33,129 nt of DNA, from IMG/VR virus record IMGVR_UViG_3300013767_000192, positions 1 through 33,129 of that record, one strand, 5' to 3'. Position 1 is the first letter of the stretch. Every line of letters starts with the position of its first letter. Positions 17,618 to 26,090 of this stretch are shown one piece after another. The translations under genes and the position numbers were made by a program. This stretch comes from a virus (Duplodnaviria > Caudoviricetes). A model generated the notes under the pieces. That model was not told the origin of the DNA. It ran no database searches and was given only the letters and a program-made list of their open reading frames with translations.

Positions 17618-18412
17618 GGGGGCTGCTCCGTGTGCAGGTGAGGCCGCCAGGCGGATCATCCGAAGCGGCGTCATGCCGTCAAGAAAGGGCCCGTTGGTCC
17701 AGGCGATGTTCAAGAGGACGTAGCCGATGTCGCGTCCCTGCTCGTCCTGGCCATTCGTCAGAAAGAGCGGGCTCACGTACCGGACGTTGGGCAGCTTCTT
17801 CTGCCCGAGCTCGGTCACCTCATAGCGGTGCGCGTAGACGCCGTCCTCGGCCTTGCCGGTGTCGGGACTGCGGAGCTGCTCCCGCCTTGGTGCGCTGATG
17901 GCCGCCTGATTCTCCGCACGGCGCGTAACCGTTCGGATCGGCACACCGTCGACAACCAGCGCGAGCGCGTCGTAGAGCGCGTTGGCGTCGCCGAAGTCGT
18001 GGTTCGTGTCGGCCCAGAGCGGATTGACCTGGCGCGAGAAGTTGTCGAGGAACTGGCCGAGGTGCTCGAGGTTGAACTCGGCGAGCTGAGGACCGTCGCC
18101 GTCGTCTTTGACGAAGCGGCCGAACTTGGCGACCTGATCCCAGCAGTCGGCGGGCTCGCTCGATAGCCTGAGCGGCGCATCGACGCTGAACGCGCGCCCC
18201 ATGCCGCGCGCTCGCGGCTCGCCGATGAGCGTCGGGCTGTGCAGTGCTCCCGACGACGTACTCGCCGCCTTGGCCTTGTGCGCTCCCACTTCGGCGAGTC
18301 GTTTCTCGGCTTCCTCCTTCGTCGCGTATGGGCCGCCGAGGTTCTTGCTCTCGTCCTCCGACAGCACGTGCCAGCCGTCGTCGCGCTGGACGATTCGAAA
18401 GATCATTCGCAT
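16793..18412 (-). CDS. Prohead protease-scaffold fusion (Mu I/Z-like)
   Basis: DTNH, VRYVSPLF, NIAWTNGPFLDGMTPL protease motifs followed by a charged helical scaffold region. Confidence 0.88.
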   Translation of the reverse strand: MRMIFRIVQRDDGWHVLSEDESKNLGGPYATKEEAEKRLAEVGAHKAKAASTSSGALHSPTLIGEPRARGMGRAFSVDAPLRLSSEPADCWDQVAKFGRFVKDDGDGPQLAEFNLEHLGQFLDNFSRQVNPLWADTNHDFGDANALYDALALVVDGVPIRTVTRRAENQAAISAPRREQLRSPDTGKAEDGVYAHRYEVTELGQKKLPNVRYVSPLFLTNGQDEQGRDIGYVLLNIAWTNGPFLDGMTPLRMIRLAASPAHGAAPMNPETMKRYGVDDSATPEQMRAAMAKYAEEVDADKKSRDEAMSRYRRFADAVGGEEEMTKFVEKFMKDEESMARFRKFMEGDGDDDDKDDDKREMTAMAKDLGVAASMSAIRQRVTELRFTTAPKTEIADLKRKLGELESKEQVRAQAEKEAEVIAFARKWADGKSPDCAWDPEQVDGLAEFYRSAPNMAKLHVEKNKGRWAALKRYTTAGAPTGKPEGEPLNLAGDDPAEIEKRVDEAAKKIAADEKVSYPVAMTRVKAKHPELYAAYAAMRG

Positions 18413-18424
18413 GACGCATGTGAG

Positions 18425-18973
18425 CTACGCGCGGCGCAGCGTGCGGACGTACGCGATGCAGCTCTCGTCGGTGGAAGCGGTGCGCGTGCGCACGAACCGC
18501 AGCACGCCGCGAGCCGCGATGATGTTCTGTGCCGAATCGAGGTCGAGCGGCCGAACCACCGTGCCTGGCGGAACGTTGATGCTCATCGCGTCCGTGATCG
18601 CGCCACCCGTCGCGGCATTCACGACCTGAATCGTACCCGCGCCGCCGCCCACGGCCCTCGTCTTGTGCAGCACCACGTCGACGATCTCCTCGCGAGCAAG
18701 GAGCAACACGTCGACGTTGCCGGTCGGGCCCGCGGGGATGACCACGCGGTGCTCGATCGCAATTGCGTCAGTCGTGTCGGCGTCCGCGACCGGCGCGACG
18801 ATGGCGACATCGCCGACCCGCCCCGCGGCGGTCTGCAACCTGAATGTGTCGGAGGTCGAGTTGTGCCAGAACGCGACCACGCCGACTGGCAGCGCCGGAT
18901 CCGCCGGCTGCGAGGCGAAGATGATGCCCGCCTGCTGGCGGAAGAAGTTGATGAGCTCGCGAATGACGTTCAT
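18425..18973 (-). CDS. Hypothetical beta-rich virion protein (possible head spike/decoration, 182 aa)
   Basis: GGAG RBS, ATG 18973 (MNVIRELINF); between portal and protease. Confidence 0.65.
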   Translation of the reverse strand: MNVIRELINFFRQQAGIIFASQPADPALPVGVVAFWHNSTSDTFRLQTAAGRVGDVAIVAPVADADTTDAIAIEHRVVIPAGPTGNVDVLLLAREEIVDVVLHKTRAVGGGAGTIQVVNAATGGAITDAMSINVPPGTVVRPLDLDSAQNIIAARGVLRFVRTRTASTDESCIAYVRTLRRA

Positions 18974-19003
18974 CAGGGATCTCCAGGATCGACGAGGTCG
19001 GCC

Positions 19004-19031
19004 TTGACCGTCGCAGGACCCGGCGTAGATT
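19004..19031 (+). promoter_or_regulatory. Sigma-70-like promoter for the small antisense ORF
   Basis: TTGACC-N16-TAGATT in the intergenic gap, upstream of AGGAGG. Confidence 0.55.
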
Positions 19032-19060
19032 GGGTCCCTCGATGGCAGGAGGATGGGGCG

Positions 19061-19165
19061 ATGGGGAAGCTTGCGGACTACACGCTCGGGTTGGCGATCG
19101 TCCTCGGCCACATGTTCCTCATGGCGCTGCAGGAACGTCGTCGCGCCGAGCGCGCGTTGTCATAG
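19061..19165 (+). CDS. 34-aa hydrophobic peptide MGKLADYTLGLAIVLGHMFLMALQERRRAERALS
   Basis: AGGAGG at 19047-19052, 8 nt before ATG; upstream promoter-like motif; hydrophobic helix plus charged tail. Confidence 0.6.
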   Translation: MGKLADYTLGLAIVLGHMFLMALQERRRAERALS

Positions 19166-20702
19166 CCGTCGCGCCATCGCCCGGGGGCTTCGGGTTGACG
19201 ACTCCAGCTGCTGCGTCGGTTGTGCTCGCCACCGCGCCGCCCGAGCTGAGGGTCACGGGCTTGCCCGGGAGCACGTCGTCCGCGCCGGTCGGCGTGTCGA
19301 GGCCGTATTCGCGCCGGAGCTGGCTGACGCTCACCTTCATGCCGGCGTCCGAGAGCAGCTTGATGATCTCGGCGCGTTCCTTCGGGCTGGTCTCGCGGTC
19401 GGTGCGGAACTCTCCGCGCGGCAGCGCGTAGACCAGCTCTTCGGGATTCGCGTCGAGAGCGCGCGCCAGGTCGTAGCCGTTGAGCTCGATCGCCGAGAGA
19501 AACACGTCGGCACGCAGATCCGCGGCCATGCCGAGCGCATCGCCGACGGTGACCTCGTGCTTCGAGTCGGCATGGACGATGCCCAGGTTGTAGCTGCCCG
19601 AAGTGCCCGGCTCGCTCGTCAGCGTCTCGCCCTGCACCGCCTTCGACTGTTCGAAGTTGCAAAGGCCGATGAGGCGCTGATGCGCATCGCCAGCGCCACT
19701 TCCGATCGGACCCTCCTTCGCTTCGATCGAGAGGCCGTCCGGAAGAATGGGTGCAGACTCGCCAGTGCCGTACGCGACGAGCGCCGCCTCGAGCACCTCG
19801 CGCATCTTCGCGTCCTGCCACAGGCCGCGCTCGACCTTGCCGTAGAGCTGCGGGATGCCGTACAGGTGCAGGAAGACCGCGAAGTCGCGGAAGCTGCAGT
19901 GCTTGAGGAAATGCAGCCAGACGACCGAGCGGATGTAGCCGCGCGTCGCCGCGATTCCGTCGCCGGGCGCTCGATGGAAGACGAATTTGTGGCGCGGCAG
20001 ATGGATACAACCATCGTTCCCGAGGTCGAGTAGCGGCTCGTCCGAGTCGGCCTTGAATTGGAAGTGTTTGCCGTGGACCCACTGCAACGACCTCGGGAAC
20101 AATCCATGGAGCGTGACGATGTCGCCGCGCAGACCTGGGAAGCGCACGCGACCCGGCGTCCACACGATCTCGGACGACGAGTAGCCGGGGCAGCTCGCGC
20201 CGAGGAGCTGAAAGACGCCGTCCGGGAAGCCGTCGATCCCGTCGACGACCTCGCGCATGAAGTGCGAGAGCGCCTTGGCGAGCGGCGTGTCGTTCTTCGG
20301 CTGGATCAGGAACGGCTTGTTCGCTACCGCCTGGCGCCGGCCGCGGTCGATCCCGAACAGGTGCGCGTCGCGCTCGAGCACCTGTTTGCACAGGTCGGCG
20401 TAGCGGTAGACGATGCCGAGGTCCGCTTGCCGCATGATGCTGTCGATCTTCAGCGGGTCGAGCGCCGTCGCAGCGTAAGTCGAGTAGCGGTCGAGCATCG
20501 GCCCGGCGCCGACCGCGATTCGTCCCTCGAGCGCGTTTCGTCCGCTGACCCTTGCCTCCGCGCGCGGGTTCGTCGCGGGATAGCCGGGCGGCGGCAGGCC
20601 GACGCCCGAGAATCGCGGCGGCATCCACGTGCTGAACGCGCGGGCACGCGCGCGTAGCCGATCGGTCGCCAGCCGCAGCCGTTCGGTAAAGCTGAGCGCC
20701 AT
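19119..20702 (-). CDS. Portal protein, DUF935 / Mu gp29-like
   Basis: LERDAHL, FLHLYGIPQLYGK, CNFEQSKAVQGETLTSE...GSYNLGIVH motifs; follows terminase. Confidence 0.95.
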   Translation of the reverse strand: MALSFTERLRLATDRLRARARAFSTWMPPRFSGVGLPPPGYPATNPRAEARVSGRNALEGRIAVGAGPMLDRYSTYAATALDPLKIDSIMRQADLGIVYRYADLCKQVLERDAHLFGIDRGRRQAVANKPFLIQPKNDTPLAKALSHFMREVVDGIDGFPDGVFQLLGASCPGYSSSEIVWTPGRVRFPGLRGDIVTLHGLFPRSLQWVHGKHFQFKADSDEPLLDLGNDGCIHLPRHKFVFHRAPGDGIAATRGYIRSVVWLHFLKHCSFRDFAVFLHLYGIPQLYGKVERGLWQDAKMREVLEAALVAYGTGESAPILPDGLSIEAKEGPIGSGAGDAHQRLIGLCNFEQSKAVQGETLTSEPGTSGSYNLGIVHADSKHEVTVGDALGMAADLRADVFLSAIELNGYDLARALDANPEELVYALPRGEFRTDRETSPKERAEIIKLLSDAGMKVSVSQLRREYGLDTPTGADDVLPGKPVTLSSGGAVASTTDAAAGVVNPKPPGDGATAMTTRARRDDVPAAP

Positions 20703-20717
20703 GCCGCGGTCCCATCA

Positions 20718-22331
20718 TCAATAGAAGTCGCTGCCCCGTCGCTTGAAGCGCACGATCTTGATGTCGGCCGGCGCGATCTCGATCGGGTCGGTCGGCTTGG
20801 GCTCGAGAAAATAGATGGCGTAGCCGGCAGCGTCGGTGATGTGCGAGTGCTTGCCGTAGGGCTTCCGCTTTCCGAAGCGGTTGTTCCCGAGCGGACACTC
20901 CCTGAACGATTCGATCAGCCACTTGCAACGTGGATCGACTCGCAGCCGGCCAGCCTCCATGAGGCGGTACATGATCCCGAGCCGCTGGTCGACGTCGGGA
21001 TTTTTCGGGTGTCGCGAGCGGTCGGGGCGCTTGATCTCTGTCGGGGCCTGCACGTTCCAGCGCTGCGACCGCAGCGCGTCGTACGAGGTGGTGTTCCCCG
21101 AGTGCTTCGCGTCTTGAAAGCTGCCCGAAGCGTCGGGCACCCAGAGCAGGGTCTCGGGCGTGTAGCCGTGGGCGTATGCCTCGTCCGAGAGGTGGAGCTC
21201 CGTACCCTCGACGATCAGCTCATCGACGAACCAGTAGATCGGGCCGTCGTCGCCGGCGAATATTCGCAGGACGGCGCCGGCCTGGTGCGGGCGGCCCTGG
21301 AAGTCCGCGCCGGCGACGAACCTGTACCGCACGAAGGTGAGCCGCTCGAGCGTGGGCGCCGTGATTTCCTTGGGGCTGATCTCGGGCGTCTTCTCGACGA
21401 GCTTCTTCGACCACTTCGGATAGGCGCGATCGCCGACCGGAAGCCACAGTCCCTCGTCGTCCGCCTTCGCCGCTCGCGGATCGAGCAGGCGCAGGATCTC
21501 ACCAACACGCTCGCGCGCCGGCTGGTCGACGCAGGTGTTGTCCTTGGACGAAAATCCAAAGTAGCGCGCGCCTTGGACGGCTCGCTCGTCGATCGCCTGC
21601 TTCAGGTGGAAGACCCACTCGCCGATGGTTCGCCTCGGCGGGTTGGCGGCCAAAAGCGCGATGCCGCCTTTGTCGGCGGTGCCGTAGATGCCGTTCGACA
21701 GAGCCGCGATCGGGATCTTCTGCGCCTCGTTGTAGAGCACGCAGTCGACCCGGCCGCGCTTGAGGCTCTCGGGATCGTCGGCCGAGACGTTCCTGAGCGA
21801 CGAGCCGTGCGCGAACGTGTAGCGAAACTCGGGCGCCTTCCGGTGCGTGTACCAGGCGGGCGGAATGTATTCGCGGATGATCTTATCGAGCTCGTCGCGC
21901 TCCTGGTAGCTCGCCGAGACCACCCAGCCCACCGTCGGCGAGCCGCCGTCGATGGGGATCGCGGGCACATCGATGAGGAGCGCCAGCGCGCACACGAGCA
22001 GGTTGAACGTCTTGCCGCCGCGCCGTTCGCCGGCCGCCAGCGCCAGCGAGCAGTCGCGAGGGCGTCCCTCGCGAAGGTCGCACAGGAACCCGGCGAACCA
22101 GCGCGTGAACTCGATCTGCGACTCCTCGAGATCGATCACATGAAAGCGCGGCCGTTCGCCAGTGAACCGCTTCTCAATCCGGTCCCATCTTCCCCCCGCC
22201 GCCAGCAAGATCTCCTTCGTCGTTCGGCGGCGCAGCAGCAGCGCCAGGTCGAGCATCCGGCTCTCGCTCCGCGTCACCCGCTCCAAGTCGTGAAGTCGGC
22301 GGGAGGGCTCCGTGGAATTCTTCGAGCTCAT
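20718..22331 (-). CDS. terL: Terminase large subunit (start uncertain)
   Basis: Walker A GERRGGKT, SLKRG, Walker B-like VLYNE, ANPP coupling motif, nuclease GADF and HITDAAGY. Confidence 0.92.
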   Translation of the reverse strand: MSSKNSTEPSRRLHDLERVTRSESRMLDLALLLRRRTTKEILLAAGGRWDRIEKRFTGERPRFHVIDLEESQIEFTRWFAGFLCDLREGRPRDCSLALAAGERRGGKTFNLLVCALALLIDVPAIPIDGGSPTVGWVVSASYQERDELDKIIREYIPPAWYTHRKAPEFRYTFAHGSSLRNVSADDPESLKRGRVDCVLYNEAQKIPIAALSNGIYGTADKGGIALLAANPPRRTIGEWVFHLKQAIDERAVQGARYFGFSSKDNTCVDQPARERVGEILRLLDPRAAKADDEGLWLPVGDRAYPKWSKKLVEKTPEISPKEITAPTLERLTFVRYRFVAGADFQGRPHQAGAVLRIFAGDDGPIYWFVDELIVEGTELHLSDEAYAHGYTPETLLWVPDASGSFQDAKHSGNTTSYDALRSQRWNVQAPTEIKRPDRSRHPKNPDVDQRLGIMYRLMEAGRLRVDPRCKWLIESFRECPLGNNRFGKRKPYGKHSHITDAAGYAIYFLEPKPTDPIEIAPADIKIVRFKRRGSDFY

Positions 22332-22956
22332 CGGCGTCGTCTTGTCCGGCTCCGAGGAGGCGCCCCTCGATCGCGTCCAGCTTCGCCTCGACCAGCGCCT
22401 TGGCGTGCGTCATGCCGAGCTTGGCGACCAGGTCGGCGACCAAGCGCGTCTTCCGCTCGGGCTCGATCGACGGGTTGCGCATGACCTCGTCGAGCTGAAG
22501 GACGAGGCAGCGCTGGCCCCAGACGAGCGCTTGCGTCGGATCCGAGGGCGGCGGGCCGAGCTCGGCCACGCGCGCCTCGCGCTCCGGATCGAACTGCGCG
22601 AACGCGCCCGACATCTCGGCGAGGAGGCGCAGCGTCGACGTCGCGGCGGTCCACGGTCTGTCCGTTTTCGTGGTGCCGTCGGGCAGCGTGACGGTGTCTC
22701 CCCGCATCGCGAGCGCGTAGTGCCGCTCCACCATGCGGATGAGCTTCTCGCGCCGGTGTGGCGCATCCTCGAGGTTCTCCTCGCGCCAGCGTCCGTAGAC
22801 CTTCTGCCGCAGGTTGCGCGCTTGGCGAACGGAAATGCCGTGCTTCTGTGCGAGCGCGCGGTCGACCTGCCCGGGCGGGAGCCCCGCTGCCAGGCGATCT
22901 TCGATCTCGTCGAGCCGCGACTGAAGGAGCGGCCCACGCGAGCCGGCGCCCGACAT
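22174..22956 (-). CDS. Probable terminase small subunit (N-terminal HTH)
   Basis: ATG 22956 overlaps the methylase stop; HTH-like LAQKHGISVRQARNL; immediately upstream of the large subunit. Confidence 0.7.
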   Translation of the reverse strand: MSGAGSRGPLLQSRLDEIEDRLAAGLPPGQVDRALAQKHGISVRQARNLRQKVYGRWREENLEDAPHRREKLIRMVERHYALAMRGDTVTLPDGTTKTDRPWTAATSTLRLLAEMSGAFAQFDPEREARVAELGPPPSDPTQALVWGQRCLVLQLDEVMRNPSIEPERKTRLVADLVAKLGMTHAKALVEAKLDAIEGRLLGAGQDDADELEEFHGALPPTSRLGAGDAEREPDARPGAAAAPPNDEGDLAGGGGKMGPD

Positions 22957-24356
22957 CAGGCCACCGCCCGCTCTTCGGCGATCTCCTCGAACGTGCGCTC
23001 GTCGCCGTCGAGCTTCGCCCTGGCCCCGGTCTGCTTCTGCCACCGATCGACGATCACGTCGCAGTACGCGGGATCGATCTCCATGAGCAGCGCGCAGCGT
23101 TCGGCCTGCTCACAGGCGATCAGCGTCGAACCCGAGCCGCCGAAGAGATCGAGCACGCGATCGCCGCGCTTCGGCGACGAGTACAAGATGGCACGCGACG
23201 CGAGCTCGACGGGCTTCTCCGTCAAATGAATCATCGACTGTGGATTGACCTTCTTCACCGTCCAGACGTCGGTGGCGTTGGTGACCGCGGGGTTGAACCA
23301 GTGCGCGGCGCCTTCCTTCCACGAGTAGAAGCACCACTCGTGGTTGCCCATGAAGTCCTTGCGCGTCAGCACCGGGTGCTCCTTCACCCAGATGATCGAT
23401 TGGGAGAAGTAGAGGCCGGCGGCCGCGATCGCCGGCGGGTAGTTGGTGCAGTTGGCGTAGCCGCCCCAGATGTACGCGCTGCCGCCCGGCACGAGCGCGC
23501 GCGAGAGATTGCCGAACCACGCGAGCAGGAGCTTCTCGAACTCAGCCGGCGGGAGGAAGTCGTTCGCCAGCGGCCGGTCCTTGGCGCGCATCGGGCCCGT
23601 CGGCTGCGACTTCTCGGGATGGCGCGCGAGGTCAAGTCCCTGGTGGTGCATGCCGCGCGAGCGCTGGCGCGGCATCGACTTGCCGGCGACGTCGATCTCG
23701 CCCGAGCGCGCGGCGGCGATCGCGTTGTTCGAGCGCGGCTCGACGCGCACGTTGTACGGCGGATCGGTGTTGGCGAGCTGCACCGGCGCGCCGGCGAGCA
23801 GACGATCGAGATCGGCCGCCACCGCGCTGTCGCCGCACAGCAGGCGGTGCCGCCCGAGGATCCAGAGGTCGCCGGTCCGTGTCGTCGGAACTGGCGGCGG
23901 CGCCATTGCTGGAGCTGGCTCGTCCGTCGATGTCTCGCCGATCAAGTCGACCACGTCGTACGCGGAGAACCCCGTCCCATCGAGGAGGTCGACATTCTGC
24001 TCGCGCAGCTCGGCGAGCAACTCGGCGAGCTTGTCGTCATCCCACGTCGCGATCTCACCGAGCTTGTTGTCGGCGACGGCGAGCAGGTGCGCATCGGCCG
24101 GATCGAGCTTGAGGAACCGGACCGGCACGCGGTCGAGCCCGAGCTGCTTCGCCGCCAAGAGGCGCGTGTGCCCAGCGATGACTTCGCCGTCCTGCTCGCG
24201 TGCAACAATCGGCGACGACCACCCGAACCGCTTGATGGCGCGGGCGACCTCGTCGACGGCCTTGGCGTTCTTGCGCGGGTTCCCGGGCCACGGGCGCAGG
24301 CGGTCGATCGGCACCCAGACCGCGGCCGGCTCCAGCGCTGTATCGGATGCGTTCAT
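22956..24356 (-). CDS. ParB-like N-terminal domain + N6/N4 DNA methyltransferase (start 24356 or 24425)
   Basis: NPRKN...IAGHTRLLAA ParB/Srx motif; HRLLCGDS, TDPPY, KPVEL, LDLFGGSGST motifs. Confidence 0.95.
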   Translation of the reverse strand: MNASDTALEPAAVWVPIDRLRPWPGNPRKNAKAVDEVARAIKRFGWSSPIVAREQDGEVIAGHTRLLAAKQLGLDRVPVRFLKLDPADAHLLAVADNKLGEIATWDDDKLAELLAELREQNVDLLDGTGFSAYDVVDLIGETSTDEPAPAMAPPPVPTTRTGDLWILGRHRLLCGDSAVAADLDRLLAGAPVQLANTDPPYNVRVEPRSNNAIAAARSGEIDVAGKSMPRQRSRGMHHQGLDLARHPEKSQPTGPMRAKDRPLANDFLPPAEFEKLLLAWFGNLSRALVPGGSAYIWGGYANCTNYPPAIAAAGLYFSQSIIWVKEHPVLTRKDFMGNHEWCFYSWKEGAAHWFNPAVTNATDVWTVKKVNPQSMIHLTEKPVELASRAILYSSPKRGDRVLDLFGGSGSTLIACEQAERCALLMEIDPAYCDVIVDRWQKQTGARAKLDGDERTFEEIAEERAVA

Positions 24357-24640
24357 GAGCAGGCTCGTGGGAGGTCGTGAACGGTGCAAACGGTTACCGA
24401 CCGGTAGCCGGAGGCGCGCGCCCATTTCCTCTTTTCAGCGGCGCGGAGACGTTCGGAGGGCGCCAAGTTATCGTCACAACGACGCTTTCGCGTCGGACGG
24501 GGCCGCGCGGGAGAGGAAATGAGAGGAAATGGGGCGGCGCTGCCAGCTCACTGCGCCGGATTTTTTTGGCCCCTTACGTGCGGAGGATTTTGTGCAAGCG
24601 ATTGCGGCGCCCGCAGTTGTTCCGCGCCCAATAAATTCGC

Positions 24641-24668
24641 TTGATGCGCCCGCCACCGACGGTAGTGT
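24641..24668 (+). promoter_or_regulatory. Sigma-70-like promoter, possibly giving a leaderless mRNA
   Basis: TTGATG-N16-TAGTGT, 8 nt before ATG 24677; no Shine-Dalgarno; AT-richer tract upstream. Confidence 0.45.
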
Positions 24669-24676
24669 GCGCCGCC

Positions 24677-25114
24677 ATGGACAACGAATGCGACCCGACC
24701 GTTCCCGATCTTCGTCCCACGCCTTGGCTCGCGCGCATCAACCTGCGAGGTCAGGCGCGCCTCCTTCTCGTCACGATCCCGCTGACCATCGCGATCGGCT
24801 GGTGGGCTTCGCGTGGCAACGAAGACTGCGCCAAAGGGATCCTCGAGGACACGCTCGGCGTGCCGTCGTCCGCGCGCTACGTCTCGTTCGACGTGCTGGC
24901 GAAGCAAGACCACTGGCGGATGCAGCGGGTGGTCTTCGAGGTCGGCGATTCCCGATACGGCATGTGCCTCACCTATCGCCTCGAGGACGGCCAGTACAAA
25001 TGGCGCCGCAACGAGGGCGTTCGCGACTGCGACACGCCGCCGACGGCAGATGAGATCGCGCGCCTGAAGCGGCTCAACGGCTGGCCCGGCCTCGCCACCG
25101 CTTCCGCCGATTGA
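24677..25114 (+). CDS. Membrane-anchored hypothetical protein, antisense accessory gene (145 aa)
   Basis: One TM segment (LLLVTIPLTIAIGWW) followed by a soluble domain with Cys; high GC3 in this frame. Confidence 0.72.
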   Translation: MDNECDPTVPDLRPTPWLARINLRGQARLLLVTIPLTIAIGWWASRGNEDCAKGILEDTLGVPSSARYVSFDVLAKQDHWRMQRVVFEVGDSRYGMCLTYRLEDGQYKWRRNEGVRDCDTPPTADEIARLKRLNGWPGLATASAD

Positions 25115-25301
25115 CGCTCCCGCGGTGCTTGCGCTCCGAGCGCCGCGTCCATCGCGGCTCGGCGCGCTTGTTCGTGCGCCCGTCCGCGCGGTCGTGCCGG
25201 ATCGCCACCCGGTGCAGGACGAAGCCGGTCCCGCCCGCGACGAGCACGCCCGAGAGCGAGAGCAGGATTGCGAGCAGATGCATGTGCAGGAACTCGATCA
25301 T
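25074..25301 (-). CDS. Single-TM protein with highly basic tail (holin-like candidate)
   Basis: GAGGTG RBS, ATGA overlap with rusA; LLAILLSLSGVLVAGGTGFVL then Arg/Lys-rich tail. Confidence 0.55.
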   Translation of the reverse strand: MIEFLHMHLLAILLSLSGVLVAGGTGFVLHRVAIRHDRADGRTNKRAEPRWTRRSERKHRGSVNRRKRWRGRASR

Positions 25302-25684
25302 GGCTCACCTCGTTCGGTTGTGATTTCGACCTCGACGCGTGGCGCGGAGGCGTCCTTGCAGAGACGAGAGCCGTCCCAGCTCTGGATCAGACGATCGTTA
25401 CCGACCACGCCCGCCGCCTCGAGCGCGTCGGCGAGCGCCTCCAAGTAGTTCACGAGGTCGCCGACGCTCCGCTCGCGATAGAACTTCGCCTTCACCGCGA
25501 CGGGGCCGATGAGCGGCGGCTCGTGCCATTGCGACCGGAGCTGCGGGATCGCCAAGCGAGCCCAGGTCTCGTGCGCGGCCGACGGCAGCACGCGCAGCCG
25601 GCGGCCCGCGCGCACGATCCGATTGCTGGTCTTCTTCGTCCGGGGCGCACCGAAGACGATGAGCTTGATCGGTTCGGGCCGCAC
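25298..25684 (-). CDS. rusA: RusA-family Holliday junction resolvase
   Basis: GAPRTKKTS, GPVAVKAKFY, DLVNYLEALADALEAAGVVGNDRLI, PRVEVEI. Confidence 0.88.
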   Translation of the reverse strand: MRPEPIKLIVFGAPRTKKTSNRIVRAGRRLRVLPSAAHETWARLAIPQLRSQWHEPPLIGPVAVKAKFYRERSVGDLVNYLEALADALEAAGVVGNDRLIQSWDGSRLCKDASAPRVEVEITTERGEP

Positions 25685-25691
25685 GAGCGAG

Positions 25692-26090
25692 CTACCAGGT
25701 CACGCCGTCGACGCTGACCTCATCGCCCGCCTGGCCGATGCCGGCCGTCGATCGACCGAGCAGGCGAACCGCGAGAATGCCGCGCACGTCGACGAGAAAT
25801 GAGAACGACGCCGAGACAGATCCTGCCGGCACCGCGAACGTGTGCTCGAGCTCGGTCACGCCATTGTCGTCGCGGCGGCTGACTACGTCCTGCCAGCCGT
25901 TTGGATTGGACGGGTCCTTGGTTCCCTGCCACTTGAGCGCGACGCTCGGCACGGGCGAGCCCGCGCCCAAGCGAACGCGCGCGTGCGTGCGCACGTACTC
26001 CGGCCGGCCGACGTAGAGCGTCGGTCCGGCCGAATAGCTCGGCTGGATCGCGCTGCCGGCTAGATCGAGGAGATGCTCGAGCGGAATCAT
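25692..26090 (-). CDS. Hypothetical all-beta protein (132 aa)
   Basis: ATG 26090 overlaps the patatin stop (ATGA); alternating hydrophobic pattern. Confidence 0.72.
   Translation of the reverse strand: MIPLEHLLDLAGSAIQPSYSAGPTLYVGRPEYVRTHARVRLGAGSPVPSVALKWQGTKDPSNPNGWQDVVSRRDDNGVTELEHTFAVPAGSVSASFSFLVDVRGILAVRLLGRSTAGIGQAGDEVSVDGVTW

Noticed and set aside
22956-24356. Restriction-modification or partition system
   Set aside because: No cognate endonuclease or ParA; ParB-methylase fusions beside terminase genes are common orphans.
25400-25470. RusA as a catalytically dead pseudogene (DLVNYLE versus E. coli DLDNLQK)
   Set aside because: ORF is intact and I recall DLxNxxEA variants among phage RusA proteins; inactivity cannot be claimed.
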